The notes under the pieces were generated by a model. The model worked only from the letters and a program-made list of their open reading frames with translations, was not told where the DNA came from and made no database searches. 64,000 bases of DNA from Toensbergia leucococca (Eukaryota), in contig JALDZS010000041.1 of the NCBI GenBank assembly GCA_022813965.1, positions 1-64,000 on the forward strand, written 5' to 3'. This document shows, in pieces, positions 39,303 to 53,432 of the stretch (its first letter is position 1; each line of letters opens with the position of its first letter). A program made the position numbers and the translations under genes.

Positions 39303-42300
39303 CTAGTAAGCTCTTCCACTCCGAGCTTGTCCAACCGTTCTAAAAGTCTCATGGCCAAGTGCAAGAGTGTCGAAGCGATCGATGCCCATCATCTCGATGT
39401 TCGATGAAAATCCAGATAAATAAAACCCAACCACGATGACCAGGTACGTGAGGACTAAGATGCTGCCCTTGAAGTAGTTGCTCTGTAGTCGATAAAGTCA
39501 GTGTTTTGATTGCCAAATCTCGGACTGTGATGAGTCACCTTTCCTTCGCCGTACATGTAACTGAGGAGGAACACGCAGAGGATCACAGTGACCTATGGCT
39601 GTCAGATACATCGCCAAAGAAAGAGAACTGTAGAGTTTACCATATCCCACTGCGGGAAAATGAGACTGCGAGTACTGTTAGCCTGCTTTCCACGTTTCGT
39701 ATAATTGTATGAATCTTACTTGAACGTATGATTGAGAAGATCCTGGGGATCGACAAAGCGACCATGTACAGCGCTAAAAAGAACGAGTGCAGGTATCTGA
39801 AGTAGACAGACCTGTAGGGCGTAGGCCGATCCAATTTCCATTGACAGTGCGATGTTTCCGTTCATGGCAAATGAGATAGCGTTCTGATTGCGAAGAGTCA
39901 GCAACTGCTCGCGACGTATTATGCACAAACTTACCAGAAATTCGGTAGTGTTTGGCACAAGAGCAAACAGCGTGATGCCCAGGAACTTCTCATCGATATC
40001 CACGCTTTCTAGAACCACGTCCACGGTGTTGACCAAGATTTCCGCAATAATAGCGTACAGAACTGTAGCACCCAGCAATATAATCGCACTCTTCTTCCTG
40101 CTCCAATTCGGAGCATCGTGACCACCTTCAACGCCGTGAGGCAGAGCATCAACTGCGATGGCTTCCTCATTGTCCTCACGGAAAGTTCCTGATGGGTGAA
40201 GATGAGCAGGAGTTCGAGCAGGCGTTTGGGCGTTTACTGATGTCCTTCGTGGAGCTCGAACGGCATCTCGAGCCGCCACAGCTGCTGCAGTGGCAGCCAT
40301 TTCGGCAACTTGGCGCACGAGGCTTTCATTGTCTTCTTGCGAAAGACCGGCAATAGCTACGCTCCTCTGACTGTTGTTGTCAGGAGGATTGCTTTCACCA
40401 CCACTACTTTTAGGTGGCACAAGATGCGGTGTTGGTGAGAATTGGCCTTGTGGAGCGTTGCTCGAGTTTGAAAGGTGGCGTGAACCTTCTGGGTTTCGTA
40501 GACCTAATCCAGCCTGCTTGAGGGACTGACCAAGGATCCGCTTGTAAAGCTGCGAGTCCCTTATAGCATGACGATTTACAGAGCCTCCACTAAGAGGTTG
40601 CTTTGACCCTGAGTCATGGGCCGTATTCGACTGGTGTGGACCATGGCCATTTGGTCCAATACCAGGCATGGGCTTCTTTTCTTCCACCTCGGTATTCCAG
40701 ATGACTGCCGCGTGAGTTCTCAGGGTAAACCACAGCCCAATTATATAAGACAAGAATAGTAGGATTGCAGCAAACCAGCAGTATGGCCGTACCGCCTCAA
40801 TAAAGAAGCGATCATTGATGGCAGGAACCTGAGAGAAGTAACATCGTCGACAGTCTCCAAGTAGAGAACTTTCCCCTGGGCCACGACAGGCATGGCAATT
40901 GAGCTCGTGCTGTAGATCTAGTTAGTGCCAGTAAATATTGAAGACAGAGCTGCTGCTTACGCTGCCATAAATTTGGTAGAACAGTGTCGGCCCAAAAGCA
41001 GCAATGACTGCAAACAACAGCATGGTCGATGTCACACCTGCAGACTTGACATTGAATCGTTGCGTTTTACGCTTGATGGCACCAAAGCACATCGATAAGC
41101 CTGGTAGAAATAAGATACCGGCGAAGATACTTCCAATGATGCTCCCTTCAACCAGTTGGCCTTTCCCTTGATTAAGGGCTACGCAATACAAAAAGACTTC
41201 AACTACCGTAGAGAAGAAGGCATTGATCGCAGCGCCTAAGCCCATCGAAGATTGAGCGGAAATGGAGGCAACAGCCTGGCCGATGAAATACGCCAGAGGA
41301 ATGATGGAGAAAAGCGCAAGCGCAAACACGAAACCTGGGTGAACTAGCCATATATCCAGGCCCAGCGCAACATCAAGGACCCAGTAATCAAAAATAGCGA
41401 AGAGGACGACTCCAATTAGATTAATGAGGAAGATGTTGGTACCGTCAATTGTATACTTCCAGTACTTTGAGCCTACAGCTCGGTAGGTACATACCAGTAC
41501 GGACGACGAAGGCGAAGATGGTCCACGCGAATACGAGGCGTCCGAATGGAAGGACATCGCCAACGGATGACGACGGAGGTGGTAAAAGATGAGCAGAGTC
41601 ACCTTGCCCATTGGAATCCAGAAGACCATGAACCAACATATCCCAGAGACAATCAACAACAGAGGTGTAATGAGAAAATAGAAGAATACGAAAAAAATGA
41701 CTCGACCAAAATTCCATTGACCACGACCAAAGAGCCTCCGCTTACTCCTCGGACCCTCGTCATCATGTCGACCGCTCCTCGTATGCCCTAGAAGACTGTC
41801 GTTTTCGTCCGCGGATTCCATACTGTCTCTTCGCCGACCGAGTATAGACCTAGAGGTCAAGGGGCCAAAGAAAAGTCGCCCGTCTTCGAGATCGCCATTT
41901 TGCCACTGCTCATACTCAGTTATACTACGGCCTTCACCTTCGTCCTCCTCTGCGTAGGCTTCGTCCTGCTCTAATTTTACAAACTGTCCAAATGGATAAA
42001 GGAGGTATCTTGCCAAGCCCCATAGTACTCTTCCATATTCCAGGGCCCCGGGGGTGAAAGCGAGAACAAAACATGTGATAGCTCCTAAAGCAGCAGCAAT
42101 TGCAAGCCACCAGCCGAAGAAGAGGGTCCATAAGATATTGAACGTCCATAGCCATCTATTCACCCTCCCGCCTGGCGACGAGTGGATGTCGCCCTCGGCG
42201 TTTTTCTCCACAGATCGATTCTTCTTGTAAAGCGCAGGCTTCCAGATGCGTATACCGAAGGGGTGTGTTTCATTAATGGCATTTTGACGATCTCTAAGCG

Positions 42301-43087
42301 TGAAGCTTTCCGCATCACTCAAATCAGCGTCATCGTCATCGTCATCGTCATCGCCTTCAGGATCCGCTTGTATCGTCCCCTCTTCACCTGATGTCTCCTG
42401 AGCTTCCTCATTCTCCTGCTCAAGCTGCGGGGCAGCCTCAGCTTGCTCTGCATTCTCCTCTTCTTCCCCTTGCGAATCAACTCGCGGTAGACTAGTGGGC
42501 TGAGCTGTCGGCCTTCTTCGAAGAGTAGACGGCTGTCTTCGCAGTGAGGGGCCGAACCCTGAGGCCGATTTCGCTGCTGCTGACTGTCTTTGAATGGCGT
42601 TGCGTTCATACTCACTTGGGTCATCATCTACGGAGAATTCCTGCCCCTTATGAGGAGCTTGGAATTTAGAAGAGGCTCTTCTTCCCAACGTAGGCTTTTT
42701 CGGTTTGCTCCCGGAAGTCATTGGTTCAGGGGAGTGCATCCGCTGCCGAATTGATGATGACGAGCTAAGAATGGGTGGTTGATTTTGCTCTTGAGTAGCA
42801 GACCGTTCAGCCTCTTGTGTTGGTTCTTCTGCAGTATTGAAGGACGAGACGGAGCCTAGGTTTGGATTTGAGATTAGCCACGTTCTCTTCTTTAGCTGGA
42901 AAGCGCAACTGAGCCTAAGCCTACCTGTAGAGATAGGTCGAGGTCGATTCCGCCGCACCGTTCCTGGGGTCCCAGAAGTGTTCTCATTTTCATCTCTCGT
43001 GATAGGTTCAAAACGCGTTTGAGGAGCGGTTGACTCGTCAGTGGAAGAACCCCTCGAATTGTTGTCGGCTGGCATCCTGTCCTCCAT
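39303..43087 (-). CDS. VNX1: Vacuolar cation/H+ exchanger, Vnx1/CAX family (about 7 exons)
   Basis: INETHPFGIRIWKPALYKK, alpha repeats INAFFSTVVE and LVPNTTEF, and SNYFKGSIL. Confidence 0.9.
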
Positions 43088-43596
43088 ATTCACCCGAGGC
43101 GAGAGATGAGGACAGTAATGAACATTCGCTGTTGAGGATTGAGAATTGCGAGTCACACTGTAGATTGGAGATCAGATGATACAATTTGCAAGTGACCCGG
43201 TGGTGCGTATGCTATTGTGGCAGGCACGTTGATTTGGTGATAAGGTGGAAAAGTATTCTAAGGTAAGCAAGTTAATGGAACGAAACGAAACCGGCGAATG
43301 ATATCTTGATCTACGTAAAGTATGCAGTATCAGACCAGAATCCAGATTTCTGTCCACAACAATCTCAAAGCTACCTAAGCCATGCGCTTACAGGGAAGTG
43401 GCAGATCACCGTTGAGGCTCTGCTAGATTATCTATTTATCCATACTTTACGTAAATTAATTTGCATAAAACCTGAGACATCACACTACTTATGTAAACAT
43501 CTGCAACGATTTCTATCTGTCTACGTAGATAAAGTCCTATCCCACAACCCACGAAATCATCTCTGTAACCCGACTTTCCCTGTCCTTGCTGTCAAA

Positions 43597-44885
43597 ATGG
43601 CACTCGATAGCTTCTTCCACAACAAGATAGAGAGCATGAAGCTCGAGATCATCCAAGGTCAAGCTGTTTTACGACGCTTAGAGGCTCAACGTAACGACTA
43701 CAATTCAAGGGTCAGGTTGTTGCGGGAGGAGCTGGGCCTGTTACAGCAGCCAGGGTCGTACGTTGGAGAGGTTGTCAAAGTCATGGGCACGAAAAAGGTC
43801 TTGGTTAAGGTCCATCCAGAAGGCAAATATGGTACATACTCTTCTCCATGTCTGGATTCACGGCTTTGGAGATTTATCTGATCTACGAAATTCAGTGGTC
43901 GACATCTCCGAATCCGTTGATATCAGCAAGCTCACCGTCGGTAAACGAGTCACCCTCCTTTCCGACTCCTACAAACTCGAGAAAATGCTGCCGTCCTCTG
44001 TTGATCCCCTAGTCTCCCTCATGATGGTCGAAAAAGTCCCCGACAGCACCTATGACATGATCGGTGGTCTGGACCAACAGATCAAAGAAATAAAGGAAGT
44101 CATCGAGCTCGGGCTCAAACACCCCGAACTCTTCGAATCTCTAGGTATCGCGCAACCGAAAGGAGTCCTCCTTTACGGCCCTCCCGGAACAGGGAAAACT
44201 TTGCTGGCGCGAGCAGTAGCCCACCATACTGACTGCAAGTTCATCCGCGTATCCGGTTCTGAGCTCGTACAAAAATACATAGGAGAAGGAAGTCGAATGG
44301 TCCGCGAACTCTTTGTCATGGCTCGCGAACACGCACCTAGTATCATTTTCATGGACGAAATCGACAGTATCGGGTCTTCGCGTGTAGAAGGTAGCAGCGG
44401 CGGCGACTCGGAGGTGCAACGCACAATGCTTGAGCTATTGAATCAACTAGACGGGTTCGAGCCGACAAAAAATATAAAAGTCGTCATGGCCACTAATAGG
44501 CTCGACATTCTCGACCCTGCATTACTTCGACCAGGTCGAATAGACCGCAAGATCGAATTTCCCCCACCAACGTAAGCCAATATCTTTTGGGCTCTCCGCA
44601 TCTCTACTGACCCCGTCTGCTCATAGTGTCGAAGCCCGGGCCGACATCTTGCGTATTCACAGCCGTAGCATGAATCTCACCCGCGGGATCAATCTCAACA
44701 AGATCGCCGAGAAGATGAATGGCTGCTCAGGCGCGGAATTAAAGGGCGTATGCACAGAAGCAGGTATGTATGCGTTACGGGAGCGAAGGGTGCACGTGAC
44801 GCAGGAGGACTTTGACCTGGCGACTGCAAAGGTCCTGAACAAACACGACGACAAGGAGGTCAGTTTGGGGAAGTTATGGAAGTAG
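43597..44885 (+). CDS. RPT6: 26S proteasome ATPase subunit 6 (3 exons)
   Basis: [33 protein letters not shown] and C-terminal KLWK. Confidence 0.97.
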
Positions 44886-45323
44886 AAAGAAGGGTGAGCT
44901 GGGGTTTGGGCGGGAGAAATATACTGTACCTAATGGCATTATTCGAATGACAATATGATCCGATTGCACTCAAGGCCTGAACCTCGGACAAAGTTTTTTG
45001 GAACTACGTTTGTATTGTATCTTGTAGGCTACAGCTACTGGACGGTGCTCGCATTACTTGGACTTGGTACGATACTTGATCAACATTCGTCCTCGGAATA
45101 AAGGACCGCAAAGCAGGCATGTACCGTGTTGATTTAATTACTGCTGTAAAGCTTTCTTTGCTATGCTAGGCAGGGCATCAAGTCGTCAGGAACGCTGGCT
45201 TGAATCGCTGTATCATTATCAAAGCAAGAAGTCGTTAGGGAGTGGCGCACAGTCCTATCATCTCGTGCAATCCTCTGGTCCAAAGAACAGCACAGTCTTC
45301 TATCGCAGACTTTTCTAGACCGC

Positions 45324-47337
45324 TCAGCCAAGTGGCAGCTTCATGTTGACACTCTTGGTTGTCGAAGCCCCATCCACAGCCTCTTTGCTAGGCTGGCTCC
45401 GCTTCCCAGCCCATTTGTTGACCACTTCGTCAACGTCCTTCCTATACGCCTGCTGACTTTCGCATTGCTCGAGAAAAACTTTGTACTTGACGGCAAGCAG
45501 TTCTTTCTCATGAGGATCAGGGGTTGGATGTACTGCCTTGCCAGGCTTGCTCATCCGATCCATGATATCCCACAGAGGTTCCGTTTTCCCATCCTTGCCT
45601 GCCGAAGCAGCTTTTGCGCCTAACATTGCCGCGCCGTGGACCACAGCGGCATGAACATACTGAGGGATGAGAACCGGCATATTGCAGGCTGAAGCCATGA
45701 GACGCATGAGGATATCGTTTTGGCACTGTGAACCGGACATGAAGATTGAAGAGATTTGGTGGCCGGCTTTATTCATAGTCTCCACGATCTGGTGGGTCTG
45801 AAGAGCGATAAACTCCATGGTCGCATAGTAATATAGAGCAAGGCCATCTACGGATTTGTCACTACTCAGGCCAATGACCGACCCTGTCATGCGAGGATCG
45901 GCGATTGGCGATCGATTGCCAAAGAGGTCTCCGTAGAAGAAGAAGTGTCTGCCGAGCCAGGATATTGTCGGCGCATCGGCTTTGCTCTGCATGTCCTTAA
46001 GGTGTTCATTGAGGTAGTCGTATATATTTGTATTGTATGTCTCTGCAATGCTCATTGCTTGTTGAAAGGCTGGGTGAGTTTCCAACACGTGTTTCAATAG
46101 CTCCCCTGTTGCACTCTGCCCTCCTTCAGCCATCCAGTAATCTGGGATCAGCACATCACGGTAAGGACCCCAAACGCCGGGGACAAAGACTGGCCCTGGT
46201 GACATGGCAATATGGCACGTAGAGGTCCCGGCAACGGCTGCAAGACGGGTAAATGCTTGAGCCCTATCATTATTCGCAATCGCAGCACTGAGCTCGCTAC
46301 TACCCAAATGGACTTTGGCGCCGACAGTACCAACCCATCCAGCGTAGGCGTCAATGACACCGCTGCCAATAGCGATCCCAGGTGGTAGGCCAAGCTCACT
46401 TGCTGCCTTTTCGCTGAGGGTACCAACGAGCTCGCCGGCGCTAAGGTATTTACCGTTCTAAAAATCCAGTTAGCCATGATGCCATTCGTATGTTACTTAC
46501 GAGAAAAGACTCACTACCCCATCAACGCCGCCTAGCCGCTTGAAGTTGTCTTCTGTCAGCTCACCCAGTCCGATTTCTTTCAAAAAGTCTTCTTGCCAGC
46601 CCTTGACACTGCCGTCCACGCCAACGGGAACGAATCCCTGTTTACAAACGGTGCTGCAGAAGCTCCTCGTTTCGTTTCCGGTTGCCATGTGGGTCAATGC
46701 ATCTGCTAGATCATAGAACTTGCACCGGTCAAAGAGCTCCTTCGGCATGTGGTTCTTCAACCATAAGACTTTAGGAATTTCCATTTCGATTGACATAGTG
46801 CCTCCGACGTAGCGAAGGAGATTGTGCTTTGTAGCGTTGATCTTCTCGGTTTCTTGAACGGGCCTATGATCGAGCCAGAGAATGATGTTACGGTCATTGT
46901 CAAAATTAGGGCCGGTGACTGAAACGGGTTCGTCGGTGTCATGAGAGAAAACAGCGAGGGAGCAGGTAGCATCAAAGCCAATGCCACGGATCGTGTCGGG
47001 ATTAATGTTGTGATGATTCAAAGTACGTTGAACAGTGGAGCAGATGCAACGCCAAATATCGTTTGTGGATTGTTCCTATAACCTGATGAGTATTAAGCAA
47101 TTTGCAATGTACTGCAGGCCATACATAGTAGCCTTGGTCTGGCTGCCACAGGCCAATGTTCTCAGAGGCTACTCCGACAATGTCTCCTTTGGCATTGATG
47201 ATGCAAGCTCTTGCACTGCCGGTGCCTACATCGATCCCAATGTAATGGTCCATGTGGGGATTCAGCTCATTGTGAGGATCAGTTGACAGCTGTCTCGAAG
47301 GCTGCCTGTGCGGCTGTCTAAAAGGCAAGGAGGCCAT
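45324..47337 (-). CDS. FGGY-family pentulose/ribulose kinase (3 exons)
   Basis: YIGIDVGTGSAR, GIGFDATCSL, GTSTCH, AEGGQSATG and GNRSPIADP. Confidence 0.92.
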
Positions 47338-47990
47338 TTTCAAAACCGAGCTTGGTTGGAAATGGGTGTAAGAGACGACGATTGCTCTTTCCAGAAGATG
47401 TAAGGGAAGAGAATGGCTTTAAGTTCACGTTGGTGTTGATAGGTGCGGGAGTGAAGCAGAGACAGACAGACACGATAAAAGACGTTACTTGATTCACAGA
47501 CAATAATCACTTTTGGTTAGGTACCTAGCTGATGGAAGTGGGAGAAGCTAGAGAATTGCTCATCAATTGATCGGCTCCTTTGACTCTAACCAACATTTGC
47601 CCCGCCTCGATCTGTTGAGAGAGCTCAGGTACGTGATGCCCCACTAATGTAGGGTCCAACGAGCTAGCGTGGTGTGACACAAGGTGGGGGCCTCAGCTAT
47701 CCGTACATACCTTACCTACCTATCAGTTGCACTGTCGCAGCGGAACTTCCGGATCCAAGTATCTCACTGTATTGATTTACTACCAACTTGATCATGAGGT
47801 AGATTAGTCAGCTTTGATGTTTCACAATCTAAAGTGGTGCACAGCTTGTTGTTCCAGCGATTGAATGCCCTATCGATGCTGGTTCCTGCCTGTGTTGTCC
47901 ACCATTACTGTTCTTCCCCACCTTTCCGAGCAGCACATCCAAGTCTGAGGAGTCCAAGAGTAGGTAGGTTCAAAGACATGTCAATTAGGC

Positions 47991-50900
47991 TCACTTGGTC
48001 GTTATGGCAGCCATCCACTTCTGCTCGTCCAATCTGAAGCGACGTCAGCAATGGGGCTGAAACACTTCTCGAGGGGAAACACCCTTACCGGTCAAAGTGT
48101 AGCAATATTCCAAGCACAGGAATAAGCTGCATCTGGTGCTTCTTGTCTCGTTGCTCGAGGAATTGCAGAAGCACGTTCTTCAGGTAGACGTAATCCATCG
48201 AAGGAATCTGACCATTTGGACTATCTATCAATGTTGTAGAGCTATTCCTGCTCTTGGGCACCGGTGAATTAAGGCGTGCGCGAGATGGTACCGAGTCTAG
48301 TGAGGATCGAGAAGACTGTGCTCCTGACTCCATAGCCTTGGTCCTCACTGTTTGCGTTGATCTTTTGTCGTCTGCAATGGCCTTGAAGTCAAGCTATCAG
48401 CTCCCTACGTACACTGTGTAATGGACTTGACGTAAAGTAAAACGTACCTTGTAAGACTTCTGAAGCTTCTCAAACTTATGCTGTTCAGATTCTACCGATC
48501 TTTGTAAATCAAGCCTCTCCTTTTCAAGTTCCCGCGCCTGCCTCTCGCTGTCGTCAAGAGCATCGCGCAACTCACTCATGGCTTTGCGGACCTCTTCGGC
48601 CTCCTGCGTTGACTGCTCCAGTTTTTGCTCCAGCTCTTCGCGTCGCCTTTTCCAGTCTCGCTGAGCTACTTCTAATTCCTCTTTATCTTCCTCTGCTCTC
48701 TTCAACCCCTTTTCGGCCTCGCGGGTTTTGTTGCGCATGTCCTCTAGCTCTCGAGCTCTTCTCCTAGCTGCAGTACTGGCCTCATCTTCAGCTCTATCTC
48801 TATCCTCGATCGCAACATCCATACGATCCTTCATCTCACGAATTCGAGAGTCTGTCCTAGTCTCTGCATCCGCTAGAAGCCTCCTCATGGTGTCACCTTC
48901 TCGGCTACGCTCATTCAAAAGTCGGTGGGCATCGGCAACTTCCTCTTCGAGACTCTCACAGCGATCCCGGGCCTCTTTCGTTTGCATGGCCATCTCTGCA
49001 GTTTGATCACGCATGCTTCCCATTAAACTCTGCGCACTTGCATATTGTGCGGTCTTGAGCTCGATATCTTCTTTCAAGGCTTCGCTATCCCTGTTGAAGC
49101 TAGATACCTGTTGCTCGAGGTCTCTCAGCCTTGTTCTGGAAGTAGTTAATTCCTCTTGCGATGTAGAAAGATCCCTTGCCAGTCTATCAAGAGATTCAAT
49201 GGCCTGTTTTTTCTCAGTCTCCATGCGTTGAAGTTCTCCAGTCATCTTGTTTGTCGTTTCTTCTGCTTCGTACCTGCTGTTTTTTTCGAGCACAAACTTG
49301 TGATTCAGCTCTTTGATTTCCGAGTTCCGCTCGGCTGCTGTTCTTCTGAGCTCTACCATTTCTGAGTGCATACTTTCTTGTTTCGATCCCAACTGGCTCA
49401 CTTCGGCTTGTTTTTCACTAAGCTCGTTCTTGATCGATTCGAGATCCGCCACCTCAGTCCTCAACCTGACTAGTTCTGGCTGCGCTTTTTGCAGGACAGT
49501 TCTTAGATCGCTTAGCTCCTTGAATCTAGAGGAAGCAAGTTGTGATGCAGCCGCAAGGTCTGTCCGCATCGATGTTGCTTGGATATCAAGGTCTTCAAAT
49601 TCTTTCACGAGCTCATTGTGTTTTTGTTCTGAGCCAGCTGTACTGGAGGCATGAGCTCCACGTGAGTCTGCGAGCGCTTTTTCTAGGTCTATGACGGTTC
49701 TCTCTGTAACATGTTTTTCGGCAATCAGTTCCTTCACCATGTCCTTGGAGTCTACGTGCTCTTGGCCCATATTGATGAGTTCATCACGTAATGTTTCAAT
49801 CTCCTCGCGCAGGTCTTCTTCTTGTTTCAACTTGCCATGCATCCTTTCGATAGAAGCATCCTTCTCTTCTAGCAGTTTTCGAAGATGATCGAGTTCCTCC
49901 TGTAGCCTGGCTACCGTGTTGCTTTGCATTGCGAGAACGTCCGGATCAACCGCTCTGTCAACAAGTCCTTTCTCTTCTATAATTACTTCAGAAGTGTTTT
50001 GAGAGTCATCTACCCTTTGTTCGTTTGCAGGTTTTCCGGCCTTCTTCTTCTTTTTGTTCCTCTTCTTACCCGAGTTAGTTGTGTCAACAGCAGCATGACT
50101 CTCGGTAATGACACTCTCGGCTGTAGCGGTACCCTGAACATCAGTACCTGCATCAGCTTTTGACTTACTCTTGACTTTGGGGCCTGCGACTGTGGGCTGA
50201 AGGACTTCTACTTTCTTGTTCTCATTCTGCGTTTGCTCTTGCAAAACTTGCTTACTCTCTTCTGCCTCTGCGAGCTGAGTTCGGAGATTCTTGACCAGGC
50301 CATTGAGAGTTTCAATTCGTTTTTCGTTCTGAGCGCCCACAGCGCGAAGCTTCGAGACTTCTGCTTCCATATCATTCAAGTTCTCCTGGAGCTGGATAGC
50401 TCGCTCGTTTTCAGTTGAGCTCGACTTTTCTTCTGATCGTAATTTCTCAAGCTCTCGTGTCGCTTGATGCAACTGTGTCTCAAGATTCGCAATGACTTCA
50501 GTATCTTGGGAGCTATGTCTCGTTTTCAATACATGGAGCTCTTCTTGTCTTGCTTGCAAGTCTGACTTCAAACTCTTGAGTAAATGGTCCGAGGTATCTC
50601 GCTGCTCCACTAACATGACTTCGCACCGGTCCTTGAGTTCTTTATGCGCGTTCATCTCCCGCATTGATTCTTCAAGCGTCTGTACCATGTTTTGTGTCGA
50701 TTCTCTAGCAACTGCCAAATCCACCTGTAGGCTCTGCACTTCCCTTTGAAGGCTCTCTGCATCATCTTGTCGCTCTCTGAGTCCAGTGTCGATTCTGGGA
50801 ACCTCCTGTTCATAAGAGAAGAACTCCTCACTTTCTGCTTTGACCTTCGGCGCTTCAAAAGGCTTCGCTTTGGGGGAGAACAAAGATAAGCTTGGTATGG

Positions 50901-51856
50901 ATGAGGTACGAGACTTGATGGATACAGACGGTGATTTCGGAGGCGCTTCAGTAAGATCTCTTTCTGCAGGGCCTCTCGCGAAGGTCCCGTCGTTTGAGCG
51001 CAATGTCTCATTTGCGCTTAGAGTGCTACCCTGGTCACGGAGCTTGGTAGCTTCATCCCATGCTTCTCTGGTGCTCTTTTCTGCCTGAGTACATTTTTGC
51101 TTAAGACTGTCTCTTTCGCTCGAAACTCGCTTTAATTCATCCAAGACCATATCACCTTTGAGATTCAATTGGTTGAGATACTCAACCAGTGCTCCGGGAT
51201 CATTGATTGATGTCAAAGGCGTGTTCTCTCGAAGCGAAGTCTCGAAGGGTTCAATAGTTAGAACACGTGCGTGGGCAATGCGATACGACCTTAGCAATTC
51301 TGGATTCTGTTAGCCTATTGTGACTTGTAGGATCATGCTATGATACCAACCTTGATACTTTGACTCGAATTTTGCAAGCCTACGGAGCTTCATACGCACG
51401 TCCGAGGGCAGTTCCGAAGGCGTCGAAGTCGGAGCTTCTTTTGCTTGCATATCCTGTGCGTCATTACTGACGGCTTCAGGACCTCCCTCTGCGGGTACCT
51501 CAAGGGCCCTTGTGTCTTCAATTTTCTCGTGGATAGGCCTCGGAGTTCCAGCTCTGCTGGGTACATCTTCATCGTCAATCACAAACTCCGATTCGAACTC
51601 TGAAGGATCAGGGCTCTTTTGTGTGGAATCACCGTTTCTTCTCTCTCGGTCTTTGGCCTGAAGAGACCTCTTAGACGGAGAAGCAGGGCGGGAGTTGGGT
51701 CTTTGCGTGCCAGAATTAGACCTTGAAAGGGAAGATTGTGAAGAGCGTTGGCGTGCCTGTTCCTCGGCAATTCTAGAATCTATCGCTCCTCGCAGACGCT
51801 TTCATGGTGTCAGTATTAAGAGGCTAACATCAACTGGGTTATTCTACCTGAAACAT
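47991..51856 (-). CDS. IMH1: GRIP-domain coiled-coil golgin (Imh1-like; 5 exons)
   Basis: Start MFQRLRGAIDSRIAEEQAR, a long coiled coil, and the GRIP domain DYVYLKNVLLQFLE..LIPVLGILLHF. Confidence 0.8.
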
Positions 51857-51952
51857 GGTGCTCCCTGAGCATGGCTATTGCATCGAAGGTGTTCTCATCT
51901 CCGCAGTGAATGCTCGAAATCTGTCTTGAGGATCTGAGGCTCTAGCATGCGG

Positions 51953-51969
51953 CCGCTACGGAGTAGCGG
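51953..51969. promoter_or_regulatory. Palindromic TACGGAGTA element in the golgin/LNP1 bidirectional promoter
   Basis: CCGCTAC-GGA-GTAGCGG has perfect 7-bp inverted arms around the recurring motif. Confidence 0.5.
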
Positions 51970-52082
51970 AAATTAAGAACCGAGGCTTAATTCCACCACC
52001 ACGCCAGCACGCCCAGCACGCCAAGCACACGCGTGCGTGCAGCTTCAACCGTGTGAGATATCTCAAAGACACTTAAGGCGAC

Positions 52083-53432
52083 ATGGTCTCTATATGGCCA
52101 TGGAGAGTTAGTGACCTTGTGAGCAGTCATTATGCAGTTTGCGCATTACTGACTCGCCTTAGGGAGACGACACCTCTCCGGCGTCCTTTGAAAAGACACT
52201 CTCCACCTTGTCTAAAAAAATCACTAAGACGTCCAATAATTTGGAAAATCTCCGTCAACGTTCAAGGAGATTTAAAGCTTTGTGGACCCTCTATTCCGGG
52301 TTTGCTTATCTTTTGTACTCGATCATATTGGTCCTTGTTGTTGGCTGGAGAGATTGGGGGCCTGCAGAGTACACAGCTGTAGCAGGAGGACCACTAGTGT
52401 GAGCTATAGGCTATAGCCCCGGATGCTGCGTGGCCGCAGTCTGACTTTTGGTGTAGTATATACGTAATTAGGCTTGGCCTTGCGAACTATTATAGCTATC
52501 GTACCTCGAACGTCCAGGGACACCTAGATGGACTACAAAAGCAAAGAGACGCAACCATAGATAGACTTAAGACTGCCACCAAATACAATACAACACACCA
52601 GCTACTAGAAAAGTATAGTGGCACGCCAACTCCGAAGGGAAAGCCTAACGGGACTTCTAATCGCAAATCTACTCCAAGAAAAGACGGTCCTGCTACTCCA
52701 GCAGGGGACCAGAGAGGTTTTGTACCCCCACCAACTGCGAACATTCCTGGACGTATTGGGCCGGTGTCTCTCCCGAATACGCCTCGCAGTCCTGAACTCG
52801 AATCAAGAAGTACGCCAAGGCAAGGCCCACCTTTTTCTGCTGCAGCAGCGACTGCACCTTGGCAGCGGCCTTCATCGCCAACAGGCGATTCAGCTGAGTT
52901 TGCTCCGAATGCTTTCTCCGCTCCACCAGAGTATGCTTCGGTTGGAGAAGGTTCAAGGTGGTACGATCGCATGATGGATGTGCTTCTGGGGGAAGATGAA
53001 TCACTGCCGAGAAACCGTATAGCTTTAATCTGCAACAAATGTAGACTTGTGAACGGTCAAGCTCCACCTGGTGTCAAGCGCTTGGAAGATCTGGGCAGGT
53101 GGCGGTGTGGAGGTTGCGGCGCACCGAATGGTGAAGAGATCGAGGCAAAAAGAATTGTCGCGACTATCAAAGAGGAGGCGGCATCTAGTACAGAACAACT
53201 CGAACCTAATGCAAGAATGAGTGCCGTGTCTCGAGGTAATCGGCTGGAGGATGAGGGTACTCGTTCAAATGATGAAGAAAATGAGAGCGACATCACACAA
53301 TACTCAGAAGTCTCGGATGAGGAGAAAGAGCCCTCTGAAATGGTTGAACGAGTGCTCGAAGACGACTCGAAACCTGATTTACCAAAGCCCAAAAGAGGGC
53401 GGCCCAAAGGAAGTGTAAAGAAGAAAAGCTAG
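52083..53432 (+). CDS. LNP1: ER junction protein lunapark (3 exons)
   Basis: SFEKTLSTL, two TM helices, and the zinc finger WYDRMMDVLLGEDE..ALICNKCRLVNG..RCGGC. Confidence 0.93.

Noticed and set aside
43244..43252. GGTGGAAAA resembling the Rpn4/PACE site upstream of RPT6
   Set aside because: One mismatch from GGTGGCAAA, a single copy, and closer to the VNX1 start. Not distinguishable from chance.
48728..51088. Many antisense ORFs over the golgin and other genes
   Set aside because: These are shadow frames of codon-biased coding sequence.
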